A stretch of DNA of 59,319 nucleotides from an uncultured Bacillota bacterium (GCA_938034555.1 CALHLT010000019.1:1-59319), one strand, 5' to 3'; counted from the first letter of the stretch, positions 38,538 through 48,857 are shown. Notes: generated by a model not told the origin, from the letters alone. Numbers and translations: made by a program.

Positions 38538-39923
38538 ATGAACGTAACATACATTGGAACAAACTATGAAAAAGAACTTGGCGAAATTCTTTCGCTTTTC
38601 TTTCCAACCTTTGAAAAACAAGATGACCACACAATTGTTTTTGAAAAAACAGAAACCGAAAACAAAATTACAATTGATGAAAACACCTACACTTTCCCAA
38701 AAACAAATTTAAAAGAAAAGAACGACGAAAAGCGCGCGTTCTATCTTGCCCTTTCAAAGCATTTTAACAAGACTTTTGAATGGGGTTCGATAACAGGTGT
38801 TCGTCCAACAAAACTTGCCTATGACCTTCTTGAAAACGGAACTTCAAAATATATGCTTAAAGAAACGCTTATGCAAAACTATTGTCTTTCGGAAAGTAAA
38901 GCAAAACTTCTTAAAGAAATTGTTTCAAATCAAAATTGTATAATAAAAAACGACAGTCTTGTTGACATTTTCGTTAACATTCCAATTTGCCCTTCAAGAT
39001 GCAAATATTGCAGTTTCATTTCGTCGGAATATGACAAAGTTAAAGACATTGTTCCAACATATATTGATTGCTTACTTAAAGAAATTGCCGAAATTAAACA
39101 AATTATTAACAACAAAAATCTCATTGTTCGCTCAATCTATATTGGCGGCGGAACGCCAAGCGTCCTTTCTGCACAAGAACTTGACAAAATTTTAAGTCAA
39201 CTTTCCTATCCTTCGGTTGAATTCACTGTTGAAGCGGGCCGACCAGATTCAATAACTCGCGAAAAACTTGAAGTTTTAAAGCGCAACAATGTAACTCGAA
39301 TTTGCGTTAACCCACAAACTTTTTGCGAAAAAACGCTTAAACTTATTGGAAGAAAACATACTGTTAAAGATGTCATTTCCGCCTATGCAATGGCTGTTGA
39401 ATTTGGATTTAATGTTAACATCGACCTTATTGCCGGGCTTCCTGGCGAAAAATTTTCAACCTTTAAAAAATCAATTGAAACAGCAATTGAAATGGCGCCA
39501 GCGAACATAACAATCCATTCTCTTGCTCTTAAACGCGGCTCGAATTTAACAAACGAAGCAATTAAAACAAAAGACATTTCAGCCTTTGACTGCGCCGCCC
39601 CAGAAGAAGTTAAAAAAATGATTGACTACTCGTCCAAACGGCTTCACGAAGAAGGTTATTTGCCATACTATATGTATAAGCAAAAAAACACACCGCTTGG
39701 GCTTGAAAATGTTGGTTATTGCCAGAAAGGAACTGTTTGCATTTTTAATGTTGACAGCATGGAAGAAACTTGCTCGGTTCTTGCCTGCGGCGCAAATGCA
39801 ATTTCAAAGCGTGTTTTCTCAATTGAAAACCGAATTGAAAGAAGCGCAAACGTTAAGTTTATTGAAGAATATATTTCAAGAATTGACGAAATGATTGAGC
39901 GCAAAAAAGAGCTTTTTAGTTAA
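38538..39923 (+). CDS. hemZ: Radical SAM coproporphyrinogen-III-oxidase-like protein, HemZ type
   Basis: CPSRCKYCSF (CxxxCxxC) at about residue 150 after an N-terminal extension, GGGTPS motif, 461 aa. Confidence 0.75.
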   Translation: MNVTYIGTNYEKELGEILSLFFPTFEKQDDHTIVFEKTETENKITIDENTYTFPKTNLKEKNDEKRAFYLALSKHFNKTFEWGSITGVRPTKLAYDLLENGTSKYMLKETLMQNYCLSESKAKLLKEIVSNQNCIIKNDSLVDIFVNIPICPSRCKYCSFISSEYDKVKDIVPTYIDCLLKEIAEIKQIINNKNLIVRSIYIGGGTPSVLSAQELDKILSQLSYPSVEFTVEAGRPDSITREKLEVLKRNNVTRICVNPQTFCEKTLKLIGRKHTVKDVISAYAMAVEFGFNVNIDLIAGLPGEKFSTFKKSIETAIEMAPANITIHSLALKRGSNLTNEAIKTKDISAFDCAAPEEVKKMIDYSSKRLHEEGYLPYYMYKQKNTPLGLENVGYCQKGTVCIFNVDSMEETCSVLACGANAISKRVFSIENRIERSANVKFIEEYISRIDEMIERKKELFS

Positions 39924-39975
39924 AAAACTGAACAAAACTTGCCAAAAATCTTTTATATAACACCAAATAACAAAC

Positions 39976-40004
39976 AAAAAAGAGCCGTCTTGGCTCTTTT
40001 TTTA
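39976..40004. terminator. Bidirectional Rho-independent terminator (hemZ on the plus strand, spoIIIA operon on the minus strand)
   Basis: AAAAGAGCC gtctt GGCTCTTTT flanked by an A-run and a T-run. Confidence 0.75.
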
Positions 40005-40116
40005 TGTGAAATTTTTAAGGTGATTTTTAAAAAGGAATTCCTAAAAACCAATTTTTTTAAAGTTTTAGATTAAAGTTTTTTGCGCAAACGTAATTTATGT
40101 TTGCAAGCCCACTGTA

Positions 40117-40593
40117 TTATTCGGCTGGGATAATGCGAATGTTATCAAGAGGTCTTTTTGTTTGCTCGAAAACAATTGTTCCAATTTGACCAAGTTGAGC
40201 GTCGGTTAAATCCTCTCTTTTTGCTTTAATGATAACATTAATATTTTCAGTTGTTGTTGTTAAAACAACGTCTTCAAAGCCAAGACCCTTAAGCAAGCCT
40301 TCGGTTGTAAGTTCTGTTTCCATTGCGTCAACAAGCGCCTGACGGCTTGTTTCTGCAAGGTCCTTTGCTTCTTGGCTGCTTGTTTCGTCGGCAATTATGC
40401 CTTTATAGTATAAAATTGCTGCTTCTCTTGAAGCGTCTCTATCTGCACGATAGGAAGAATAGAAATCGAGGTTTGAATTTTGATTTGAAACCTGCTGTGT
40501 TGCGTTGTTATTTAAAGCAATGTTGAGATACCCCGTTACAACCAAAAGCGCAACCATAACCGACAAAATAATTATTTTTTTCGTTTTGCTCAT
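40117..40593 (-). CDS. spoIIIAH: Stage III sporulation protein AH
   Basis: The start is moved to ATG 40593 (SD AAAAGGAG). N-terminal TM helix then a YscJ/FliF-like domain. It is the last gene of the spoIIIA operon. Confidence 0.8.
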   Translation of the reverse strand: MSKTKKIIILSVMVALLVVTGYLNIALNNNATQQVSNQNSNLDFYSSYRADRDASREAAILYYKGIIADETSSQEAKDLAETSRQALVDAMETELTTEGLLKGLGFEDVVLTTTTENINVIIKAKREDLTDAQLGQIGTIVFEQTKRPLDNIRIIPAE

Positions 40594-40615
40594 AAAATTA
40601 AATCTCCTTTTTAAA

Positions 40616-41164
40616 TTATTTTCCCGCCAAAACTTCAATGTTGGCCTGCGGGACATCAACCAATGCTTGAATTGCTTTGATAATTTCAAGTTTAACTTTT
40701 GTGCTTTCTGCTCCTTTCGCAACAACAACAATTCCGCCAATTTCTGGCATTATTTCTTTAACAATGATTGCATCGTTTGAAACAATGATTGGAGAAGAAG
40801 TTGTTGTTTTGGAAGTTGTTGAGTTTCCGTTTCCTTCGTTCTTATTAATTTTTTCTTCGTCGTTTGTTGCATAAACGTATTCGGGCCCACTTGCAAGCGT
40901 AACCATAACCGAAACATTTCCAACGCCGTCAATTTTTGAAATTATGTTTGAAAGTTTACTTTCAATCATTGCGGCATATTCCGAAACTGAAGTTGTTTGC
41001 GTGGTTTCGCCTTTGGAAGAGGTTTTGAAAGTTGAAAAATAGATTAAAAGAACAACAGCAGCAAGAACAACGGCAACAATAATTTCGATGTGCTTAATGC
41101 TTCGAAGTTTTTGAAAAAACTTGAAGTTTGAAAAAAGTCCTTTTTTCTCTGTTTTTTCTTCCAA
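40616..41164 (-). CDS. spoIIIAG: Stage III sporulation protein AG
   Basis: TM helix then VGNVSVMVTLASGPEYVYA...GGIVVVAKGA, typical of SpoIIIAG. Confidence 0.85.
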   Translation of the reverse strand: MEEKTEKKGLFSNFKFFQKLRSIKHIEIIVAVVLAAVVLLIYFSTFKTSSKGETTQTTSVSEYAAMIESKLSNIISKIDGVGNVSVMVTLASGPEYVYATNDEEKINKNEGNGNSTTSKTTTSSPIIVSNDAIIVKEIMPEIGGIVVVAKGAESTKVKLEIIKAIQALVDVPQANIEVLAGK

Positions 41165-41193
41165 CTTTTTCTCCTCCTTTCAAGCGTTTTTCC

Positions 41194-41682
41194 CTAGCAG
41201 AAAACAATGCTGTCTTTTTCAATTTGAACATATTTTAAAACGCTTTTTATAACAAGTTCATTAATATCTTTATGCTCTAAATTTGAAGAAAGAACCATTC
41301 GGCTTAAATCGACAAAAACAGCATCAATCTTTAATTTGTCCGTGAAAATGTTTGCGCTAAGCGTAATCTTAATTTCGCTTGCTCCTTGCTCCGAAAGGTC
41401 CGCCTCAATCATGTTTTCAAGACTTTCAATTCGGTCTTTATTAACTTTGAAAATAAAGTCTTCTTGAATTATCATTGCGTCGTCTTCTTTGAAAATGTTT
41501 GAAAGTGAAAAATCCTTATTAAAAAGCGAAGGAAGGGGCGAAACAACAACCAAAACAACAACAAACGCAAAAATGCCTTTAATATACTTTTTCGTTTGCC
41601 CGTTTGGCAAAATTAAATCGACTAAAACCCCAAGAACGCAAACGCCCGCAATTGCCATAACCCAAGCCGAAATTCCGCTCAT
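41194..41682 (-). CDS. spoIIIAF: Stage III sporulation protein AF
   Basis: Two N-terminal TM helices, operon position, 162 aa. Confidence 0.8.
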   Translation of the reverse strand: MSGISAWVMAIAGVCVLGVLVDLILPNGQTKKYIKGIFAFVVVLVVVSPLPSLFNKDFSLSNIFKEDDAMIIQEDFIFKVNKDRIESLENMIEADLSEQGASEIKITLSANIFTDKLKIDAVFVDLSRMVLSSNLEHKDINELVIKSVLKYVQIEKDSIVFC

Positions 41683-41718
41683 TTTTCCCCTCCTTTTATT
41701 AAATTTTCCTCAAAAATT

Positions 41719-42954
41719 TTAAATGTAGTTTGCCGTACACATGATAAGCCCGGTTGTTATTAAATACATGAAAGCAACGCCAATTATCATTGTTGCAAGA
41801 TAGGTTAAGGTTTTGCCAACTGTAAAGATAAATTCGGAAACGCGGCTGTCGGTAAGTGGCTCTAAAATTGCGGCGGCAAGTTTTAAAACAAGCGAGAAAA
41901 CAGCAATTTGAACAATTGGCGAAACAACCGATGCAAACATCAAAACAAGCGCGCTTGCTCCAACCCCGTTTTTAATTAGCATGCTTGACGAAAGAATAAC
42001 ATCAAACCCTTCGGAAAGATAGCCGCCAAGAAGCGGAACATAGGAGCGTATGGCATATTTTGCGGTTCGAATTGAAACCCCGTCGTAGGTGCTTGCGGTT
42101 ATTCCCTGAATTGCCAAAAATGCCATGAAAATTGTGAAAACCGTTCCTGTTATCCATTTGAATGCCGAGCCAAAAAACTTAGTGAATTTTTCAAGTTTAA
42201 CATTTGTTGAAATGTTTGAAACAATTGTGAAAACAATCATGAAAATGAAAAGAGGCATTAAAACTGATGCAAAAATTTGCATAATGAAACTGCTTAAAAA
42301 CGCAACTGCTGGCTGATAGACCGCAACAGACGCTGTTCCCCCAATTGCCGTCATGAGTGTTAGCAAAATTGGGAAAACAACTTCCATTTGTGTTTTAATG
42401 AGTTGGATTGTGTTTGATGTTGACGTTATAAGCCGCGTCACGCCCGTCATTGTTAAAATTATGATAACGCCATAACAAACGAAATGGATTATGTCGCCAA
42501 TTGATTTTCCGTTGTTTTCACTTTTGATGTTTGAAACAAACCCGCAAATTATTGCAATAATAATTATTGAGGCAAGAAGAGGAACATATTTTAAAATGTC
42601 GTCAAAAACAAGGTTAACAATTGCCGTGAAAATTGATTTCTGCCCCGTTGCAAAAGTTCCATTAATAACGCTTTCAATTTTTCCTTTAAAACTGTTTGCG
42701 CCAAAAATTTCAAGTTCGTTTGAATTAAGCGACGAAAGAACATCGTCGATGTTGGAAAAATTAAGTTTTTCAAGTTGCCCTTTAATGCTTTCTTCAAGTT
42801 GTTGTTCAAGGCTTTTTTCTTCAACTTCATCGGCATAAACAACCGAAATTTGCGGGTAAAATTGGAAAAGGACAAGCGCAAAAATTGCAAGAAAAATTAA
42901 AACATTTCTTGCAAGTTTAAGTTTTTTGTTTTCTTTAAAATTAAATTTTTTCAT
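41719..42954 (-). CDS. spoIIIAE: Stage III sporulation protein AE
   Basis: Signal/TM N-terminus then a polytopic domain. 411 aa, correct operon position. Confidence 0.88.
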   Translation of the reverse strand: MKKFNFKENKKLKLARNVLIFLAIFALVLFQFYPQISVVYADEVEEKSLEQQLEESIKGQLEKLNFSNIDDVLSSLNSNELEIFGANSFKGKIESVINGTFATGQKSIFTAIVNLVFDDILKYVPLLASIIIIAIICGFVSNIKSENNGKSIGDIIHFVCYGVIIILTMTGVTRLITSTSNTIQLIKTQMEVVFPILLTLMTAIGGTASVAVYQPAVAFLSSFIMQIFASVLMPLFIFMIVFTIVSNISTNVKLEKFTKFFGSAFKWITGTVFTIFMAFLAIQGITASTYDGVSIRTAKYAIRSYVPLLGGYLSEGFDVILSSSMLIKNGVGASALVLMFASVVSPIVQIAVFSLVLKLAAAILEPLTDSRVSEFIFTVGKTLTYLATMIIGVAFMYLITTGLIMCTANYI

Positions 42955-43337
42955 GGCAAAAGCCCCGAAATAATTTCAATTATGTTCGAAACAATTGGAA
43001 GCGCAAGAACAAGAATAACAATTTTCCCGCCAAGCAAAATTTTATCGGCAACAGAATTAACACCCGCATCTTGACAAAGCGAAGCGGAAAACTCGGTTAT
43101 ATATCCAACGCCAACAATCTTTAAAATTGTTGAAAAAAGACCTTTTGTCAGCCCGCTTTTTTCAATAACTTGGCTGAAAGTGTCGAACACGCTTGTTAAA
43201 CTGTTTGCAATAATAAGGAGCATTAAAATTCCGCCTGTTATGCTTATGATAACAGAAATTTCGGGCTTAACTTGACGAACAATTAAGGCCGTTATTGCGG
43301 TTATAATTCCAACTCCGATGATTCTGAAAATTTCCAA
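42951..43337 (-). CDS. spoIIIAD: Stage III sporulation protein AD
   Basis: A 128-aa 4-TM protein. MEIFRIIGVGIITAI and YITEFSASLCQDAG resemble B. subtilis SpoIIIAD. Confidence 0.9.
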   Translation of the reverse strand: MEIFRIIGVGIITAITALIVRQVKPEISVIISITGGILMLLIIANSLTSVFDTFSQVIEKSGLTKGLFSTILKIVGVGYITEFSASLCQDAGVNSVADKILLGGKIVILVLALPIVSNIIEIISGLLP

Positions 43338-43356
43338 ATTTTGCTCCCAATTTTAA

Positions 43357-43551
43357 TTAAAGTTTAAACATTGTTCGAACTGTGTCGAAAAGAGTGTTAA
43401 TTAAATTAAGCACCATAAGCAAAACAACAATGAGCCCAGCAAGCGTTGAAAGAGTTGCAATTTCCTCTTTGTTTGAGTGCTTTAAAATTTGATTAACAAC
43501 CGCGGTTATAATTCCAACCGCTGCAATTTTAAAAATGATTTCAACGCCCAT
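43357..43551 (-). CDS. spoIIIAC: Stage III sporulation protein AC
   Basis: A 64-aa 2-TM protein, MGVEIIFKIAAVGIITAVV..., close to B. subtilis SpoIIIAC. Confidence 0.9.
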   Translation of the reverse strand: MGVEIIFKIAAVGIITAVVNQILKHSNKEEIATLSTLAGLIVVLLMVLNLINTLFDTVRTMFKL

Positions 43552-43567
43552 CTTTCCCCTCCAATTT

Positions 43568-44065
43568 TTAAATTAAAATGATAACAACAAGCGCTCCAAA
43601 AAGAAGCATAAGTTTTAACGAAAGTGACCCAAACTTCTTGTTTTCTTCGTCCGCCCTGCTTTGAAAACTTAAAAACTTTGTTTTAAAATTATTAATTTCT
43701 GCAACCTGGTTGCTTGCATCAAGACGTCCAAGGCTTTTGAAAAACAAAGCAATGTTTTCCTGTTCTTCATTTGAAATAAGCGTTGAGTTCTTAAACAACA
43801 AGTTTGGCGTAACTTCGCTTGATTTAAGGCTTAGAAAGTCTAAATATCTTTCCAAAACATTTTTAAAATCTTTTGAAAAATTTGTTAAGTTGCTTGAAAC
43901 AATTGTGTTTAAAGTTTCTTTTGAAAAACTTATGTCAACGCAAAGTTTTTCGCAGAACAAAATTAAATCGGCAAAAAATCGCTTGCGCCTTCGATAAAAC
44001 CTTGCAAGTCCAAAGCCAATGTAACCCATTCCAACAAGAACAACTCCAACTAAAATAAATTTCAT
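43568..44065 (-). CDS. spoIIIAB: Stage III sporulation protein AB
   Basis: 165 aa with TM helices at both ends. It overlaps the spoIIIAA stop. Confidence 0.85.
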   Translation of the reverse strand: MKFILVGVVLVGMGYIGFGLARFYRRRKRFFADLILFCEKLCVDISFSKETLNTIVSSNLTNFSKDFKNVLERYLDFLSLKSSEVTPNLLFKNSTLISNEEQENIALFFKSLGRLDASNQVAEINNFKTKFLSFQSRADEENKKFGSLSLKLMLLFGALVVIILI

Positions 44066-45003
44066 TCTTCTCCTCTGAAAATTGGCGAAAAATTTTCGTC
44101 GAAAACCCCTTCAAATGTTCCCGGCCCTTCTCTTGACGAAAGAACAACATATCTTTCAAAAATTTTCTTCTCCAAAAGTTTTTCGAAGCACGGTTTTTTA
44201 AGGAGTTCGGCAACTGTTGCCGCATGGACAGTTGCAATTGTTCCAACGCCGCAATTTGCCGCATATTCAATTGCTTTTAAGTCCTCTTCCCCGCCAAGTT
44301 CGTCGCACGCAACAATTGAAGGCGAAAGCGCGCGAATTCCAAAAACAAACCCTTCCTTTTTTGAAATGAACGACAGAACATCGCAAAAATTGCTGTTTAA
44401 AAGTTCAAGGTTTGTTCCGCCCGAAATTTCTCCTCTTTCGTCCAAAACAAGCGTGCTAAGGCAAATGTTCCTCGATGAAAGTTGGAACAAGAAATCGCGA
44501 AGAAAAGTTGTTTTTCCCGCTCCTGGAGGCGAAACAATAAGCGTGTTTCGAAAAACTCCCTTATCCAAAATGTATCTGAAAGCCGAAAGGCTGCAATTTT
44601 TAATAACATGCGGAATTCTTATAACAAGCGAAGTGAAATTTTTAATTGTTTTAACTCTGTTTTCCTCGCAAACTGCTGTTCCCGCAATTCCAATTCGAAT
44701 TCCCCCTTCAATTGTTAAAAAGCCTTGTTTAATTTGGTCGTTAACGGCGTAAATTGAACATTCGCTTGCACGAAAAACAATGTTTTCAATGTCCGCCTTG
44801 GAAACAACAATTGCGTCGGATTCTTTATTGGTTATTCCATTTTCCGAAAGATAATAGGAATTTGCGCCAAGCGTTACAATTGCTGGACGCGCCTGGCGAA
44901 GCCGAATTTCGTTTACTTGCTGCAAATTAACATGCCTTAAAAGAGCCAAAGCAAGAGGCTGAGGGAAGATTTTTAAAAATGTTTCTTCAAAGTTTTGTTC
45001 CAT
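44062..45003 (-). CDS. spoIIIAA: Stage III sporulation protein AA (secretion-type ATPase)
   Basis: EIRLRQARP N-terminal motif, Walker A SPPGAGKTT, Walker B VACDELG. Confidence 0.9.
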   Translation of the reverse strand: MEQNFEETFLKIFPQPLALALLRHVNLQQVNEIRLRQARPAIVTLGANSYYLSENGITNKESDAIVVSKADIENIVFRASECSIYAVNDQIKQGFLTIEGGIRIGIAGTAVCEENRVKTIKNFTSLVIRIPHVIKNCSLSAFRYILDKGVFRNTLIVSPPGAGKTTFLRDFLFQLSSRNICLSTLVLDERGEISGGTNLELLNSNFCDVLSFISKKEGFVFGIRALSPSIVACDELGGEEDLKAIEYAANCGVGTIATVHAATVAELLKKPCFEKLLEKKIFERYVVLSSREGPGTFEGVFDENFSPIFRGEE

Positions 45004-45026
45004 ATTGTAAGGTATTTTTAAGGTAA

Positions 45027-45063
45027 CAAAAAAAACTTGCGAAATTTGGGTTTTCTCGCAAGT
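45027..45063 (-). terminator. Terminator-like hairpin 24 nt upstream of the spoIIIAA start codon
   Basis: On the minus strand, ACTTGCGA gaaaacccaaatt TCGCAAGT followed by TTTTTTTT. Confidence 0.5.
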
Positions 45064-45124
45064 TTTTGTTTTTCTTTAAGAAAAATAAATTGAAAACAAT
45101 TAAATTTTTGTGTTATTTTTCTTA

Positions 45125-45152
45125 TAAAAAAATGCTTGATTAGTTCAAGCAT
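45125..45152 (-). terminator. Rho-independent terminator of efp
   Basis: On the minus strand, ATGCTTGA actaa TCAAGCAT followed by TTTTTTT. Confidence 0.7.
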
Positions 45153-45160
45153 TAATTTTC

Positions 45161-45721
45161 TTACTTAACTCTTTCCATGTAGGTTCCAGTTCTTGTGTCA
45201 ACGCGAATTTTATCGCCTTGGTTAACGAAAAGAGGAACGTTAAGAGTGTAGCCAGTTTCAAGTTTTGCTGGCTTATAGCCTGCTTTTGATGTGTCGCCTT
45301 GAATTCCTGGTTCGCAATCGGTTATTGTAAGTTCAACAAACATTGGTGGTTCAACCGAGAATGGAGAGCCTTTATAGAATTGAATTGTTGCCATCATGTT
45401 TTCAACCATGAAATTAAGCGCATCTTCAACTTGGCTTCTGTTAAGAGGAATTTGGTCGTAAGTTTCCATGTCCATGAAATAGAAAATTTCGCCTTCGTTG
45501 TAAAGGTATTGCATTTCTTTTCTTTCAATAACTGCAACTTGGAATTTATCCGAAGGGTTGAAAGTTCTTTCAAGAACTTGACCTGTTACGATGTTTTTAA
45601 TTTTTGCTCTAACGAATGGAGAACCTTTCCCTGGTTTAACATGAAGGAAATCAACAACTAAATAGATGTTTCCGTCCATTTCAAAAGTAACGCCTTTTCT
45701 AAAATCGCCTGCTGTAATCAT
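45161..45721 (-). CDS. efp: Elongation factor P
   Basis: [43 protein letters not shown]. 186 aa. Confidence 0.97.
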   Translation of the reverse strand: MITAGDFRKGVTFEMDGNIYLVVDFLHVKPGKGSPFVRAKIKNIVTGQVLERTFNPSDKFQVAVIERKEMQYLYNEGEIFYFMDMETYDQIPLNRSQVEDALNFMVENMMATIQFYKGSPFSVEPPMFVELTITDCEPGIQGDTSKAGYKPAKLETGYTLNVPLFVNQGDKIRVDTRTGTYMERVK

Positions 45722-45797
45722 AAAATCTCCTTAATTTATTTTTTCCAAAGTAAGTTATAACATAATTTTCAAGCATTTGCAACAATTTTTTATGTTC

Positions 45798-46652
45798 TTA
45801 TGCCCTTTCAAACGCATTTTTAAGCGCAAGCGCGTCTGTTGCCATGTTATCTCTCGACTCGCAAATTATCATTGGTTTAAGCCCCAAATCCTTAATTGCT
45901 TTCATAAGCGGCTCAAAATTTGGCCCATATTGTCCATTATCAAAATCTAAGTGACGAACTTCGCCCTTGCCGCCATATTCAATCATCGAAAAATGTATGT
46001 GGCAGTTCGATGCCCTTTCAAAGCCAAGTTTCTTAATTGCAAGTTCAAAAACTTTTCGATAGTCCTCATATGTTCCAAAATTCCCAAGGTTAAGCGCATA
46101 GATATGCCCAAAATCGAAAGTTGGAACATAAATTTCATCAACCGTGCAAAGGTCGATTATCTCCTCATATGTTCCAATTTGCATTGGTTTTCCCATTGTT
46201 TCTGGGCAAAGAGTTAAATTCCCAAAACCATTTTCTTTAACTTTTTTTGCAAGAATTTCAAGCCTGTTTCGCGTAAGTTCAAGCGCTCTTTCGCGCGAAA
46301 GTTTCCCTTGCGAAGCCGCGTGAAAAACAAGATGCGTTCCGCCCATAAGTTTAAGAAATTTAAGCCCAGTTAAAACATAACCATACGATTTTTCAACCAT
46401 TTCTTCGCTTTCGTTTGCAAAATTAATGTAATACGGCGCGTGGATGCTCATTGTAATTCCGTTTTCCAAAGCAACTTTTCCAAGTTCTGCTGCTTTTTCG
46501 CTTCCCATGATATATCCCTTTCCAAAAGAATATTCATAGGCGTTAAGTCCAAGGCTTTTAAGCCATGCGGGCGCTTGCAAACTGCTCTTATATCCAAGGT
46601 CATAAAACAACTTGCTGTTCCCCGAAGGGCCGAACAAAATTTCTTCCATCAT
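45798..46652 (-). CDS. Xylose-isomerase-like TIM-barrel protein (endonuclease IV / AP-endonuclease 2 superfamily)
   Basis: A 284-aa ORF with ...SIHAPYYINFAN... and HLVFH motifs reminiscent of the Nfo-like family. It overlaps the truB stop. Confidence 0.6.
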   Translation of the reverse strand: MMEEILFGPSGNSKLFYDLGYKSSLQAPAWLKSLGLNAYEYSFGKGYIMGSEKAAELGKVALENGITMSIHAPYYINFANESEEMVEKSYGYVLTGLKFLKLMGGTHLVFHAASQGKLSRERALELTRNRLEILAKKVKENGFGNLTLCPETMGKPMQIGTYEEIIDLCTVDEIYVPTFDFGHIYALNLGNFGTYEDYRKVFELAIKKLGFERASNCHIHFSMIEYGGKGEVRHLDFDNGQYGPNFEPLMKAIKDLGLKPMIICESRDNMATDALALKNAFERA

Positions 46653-47593
46653 TCCTCCAATAAAAATGTTTCAACTTTAATTTTTCCGTCATCAAAATTG
46701 TTAGAAATTCCAAAAAATCTATTTCCGCAAACAAGTTTAAATTGTCCGCTTAAAACAGGAAGTTTAAAAACACTTTTTCCGTCCAAAATTGCTTTTCCTT
46801 CCTCGCTTGACAAACTTAAAACTGGCAAATCAACAACATCAAAAGAACTTAAAAGTTCATATGTTCCGTTTTTAATTTCATCAAGTGTAAAACTGTTTTT
46901 AATATCAAATTTTCCACATTTTGTGCGTGTTATGCAAAGCATAGTACCACAACTTGCGGTATTATGCGACAAATCTCGACATAAACTTCTAATATACGTT
47001 CCCGCGCTGCATTCAATTTCAAACTCGAAAAGTTGGTTTTCAAAAACTTTTCCCAACTTCTTTTCTTCAAACTCTTTTTCAGAGTGAAACTCTAAAAATC
47101 TTTCTTTAAGTTCGTTCAATTTTTCGCTTGATGGCTTTCCAATAAGTTTAAAGGAAAAGATTTCAACTTCCCTTTCTTTAAGATCAATTTTTTCGCCCTT
47201 TCTCGCCAAGTCGTAAGCAACTTTTCCATTAACTTTAAGCGCTGAAAATTGAGGAGGAAGCTGTTTAATTTTTCCAATAAAATTTGGAAGTTCATTTTCA
47301 ATTTGCTGCTTTGAAACTGCCTTCAAATTAACGTTTGTTATTTCGCCTTCTGCATCAAGAGTTGAGGTTTCAAAGCCAAACGCAAAAACTGCATGATAAG
47401 TTTTTCTTTTTTGAAGAAAAAAATCAAAAAGGCGCGTTGATTTGCCAAGAGTGATTGGCAAAACTCCGTCGCCCAAAACATCAAGAGTTCCCAAATGCCC
47501 CGCTTTTTTTGCGCCAGTTAATTTTTTAACAATGTTTGCCGCCGTGTTTGAACTTATTCCCGCCGGCTTATTTAACACGATAACTCCGTTCAA
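46649..47593 (-). CDS. truB: tRNA pseudouridine(55) synthase
   Basis: GVIVLNKPAGISS and catalytic GHLGTLDVLGDGVLPI. Confidence 0.9.
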   Translation of the reverse strand: MNGVIVLNKPAGISSNTAANIVKKLTGAKKAGHLGTLDVLGDGVLPITLGKSTRLFDFFLQKRKTYHAVFAFGFETSTLDAEGEITNVNLKAVSKQQIENELPNFIGKIKQLPPQFSALKVNGKVAYDLARKGEKIDLKEREVEIFSFKLIGKPSSEKLNELKERFLEFHSEKEFEEKKLGKVFENQLFEFEIECSAGTYIRSLCRDLSHNTASCGTMLCITRTKCGKFDIKNSFTLDEIKNGTYELLSSFDVVDLPVLSLSSEEGKAILDGKSVFKLPVLSGQFKLVCGNRFFGISNNFDDGKIKVETFLLEE

Positions 47594-47599
47594 GTTTCC

Positions 47600-48628
47600 T
47601 CACATGCTTTTATTGTCGTTTCTTTGAATTTCTTTAACACATTCGTCCAAAACTTTTTTAAATTCTTTTTTGAAATTGCCATGAATGTTGCAGCCCGACG
47701 CATTTTTATGCCCGCCGCCGCCAAAAACAGAAGCAACACGATTAACATCGTAGTTTTCAATTGAGCGAAGTCCAAGGCGATATTCATTATTCCCGCGTTC
47801 TTTAACGGTTATGTTAATTTTCGAGTCGTCAACATTACAAATTATGTGCATAAAAGTTGTTACATCGCTTGATTTAACGTGTAACTTTTTAAGGTCTTTA
47901 AGTTTTGCATAGAAATATGTCACACCCTTATAGTATTGCAATTTTTTTGCCATATAAGCAATAAGTTTAAGTTGGTCAATCGACTTTTTCTTGTGCAAAT
48001 TGATGTTAACCGTGTCGTAATCGGCGCCAAGGTCGATAAGTTCGCCTGCATATTTGTGGGTTAACGCGGTTATGTTAGAGTTTGAAAAACGATTTGTGTC
48101 GGAACTTATTGCTGCAAAAAGGCAAGTTGCCGCATCGGCTTCAATTTCAAAGTTCATTTCCTTTAAAAGTTCAAAAAGAACTTCCCCGCAAGATGAATAG
48201 CTTTTAACATAGTTAATTGTTGCGTAATTCGTGTTGCTAACGTGATGGTCGATATTTATTGTTTTTTCGGCGTTTTTATATGCCTCTTCATATTTTCCAA
48301 GACGCTGCGTGTTTGAAGAATCAAGAGAAACAAGCAAATCAAATTTTGAAAAATCAACTTCGTTTTCGTGCTTTAACTCTTCTTTATTAAACGCATCTTG
48401 GTTGTTTTTTTCGTGTAAATTTATTTTCTCATAATTTTTTAAAAAAGAAAAACGCTCTGGAATTTCGCTGTCGCAAAATAACTGAACATTTTTTCCATTT
48501 TTAGTTAATACATCATATAATCCAAGAATACACCCAATTCCGTCGCAGTCGCAGTTAATATGCGTGAAAAGCGCAAGGCTGCGCGCGCTGTCTAATTCAT
48601 CTTTAATTTCTTTTGCACTTAATTCCAT
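47600..48628 (-). CDS. nrnA: DHH/DHHA1 phosphoesterase, NrnA-like oligoribonuclease / pAp phosphatase
   Basis: THINCDCDGIG, the NIDHH motif and the C-terminal GGGGHKNASG. Confidence 0.85.
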   Translation of the reverse strand: MELSAKEIKDELDSARSLALFTHINCDCDGIGCILGLYDVLTKNGKNVQLFCDSEIPERFSFLKNYEKINLHEKNNQDAFNKEELKHENEVDFSKFDLLVSLDSSNTQRLGKYEEAYKNAEKTINIDHHVSNTNYATINYVKSYSSCGEVLFELLKEMNFEIEADAATCLFAAISSDTNRFSNSNITALTHKYAGELIDLGADYDTVNINLHKKKSIDQLKLIAYMAKKLQYYKGVTYFYAKLKDLKKLHVKSSDVTTFMHIICNVDDSKINITVKERGNNEYRLGLRSIENYDVNRVASVFGGGGHKNASGCNIHGNFKKEFKKVLDECVKEIQRNDNKSM

Positions 48629-48724
48629 TTATAAACCTCTTAATAAAGATATCTTACCATAAACTGCCCCGCCGCGCAATAATTTTTTAAGAAAAAATAT
48701 GTTTAAAAAATTTTTAAAAAATGG

Positions 48725-48753
48725 TTGACAAAAGTTTTTGTATATATTATTAT
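48725..48753 (+). promoter_or_regulatory. Strong sigmaA promoter of the tRNA operon
   Basis: TTGACA (48725..48730), 17-nt spacer, TATTAT (48748..48753), about 27 nt upstream of tRNA-fMet. Confidence 0.65.
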
Positions 48754-48780
48754 AAAACTCGCCTGACAAATTCAATTTGT

Positions 48781-48857
<77 letters not shown>

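Noticed and set aside
46440-47087. A 215-aa plus-strand ORF antisense to truB and the TIM-barrel gene.
   Set aside because: Ser/Phe/Lys-rich nonsense composition, no SD, and it overlaps two well-supported minus-strand genes.
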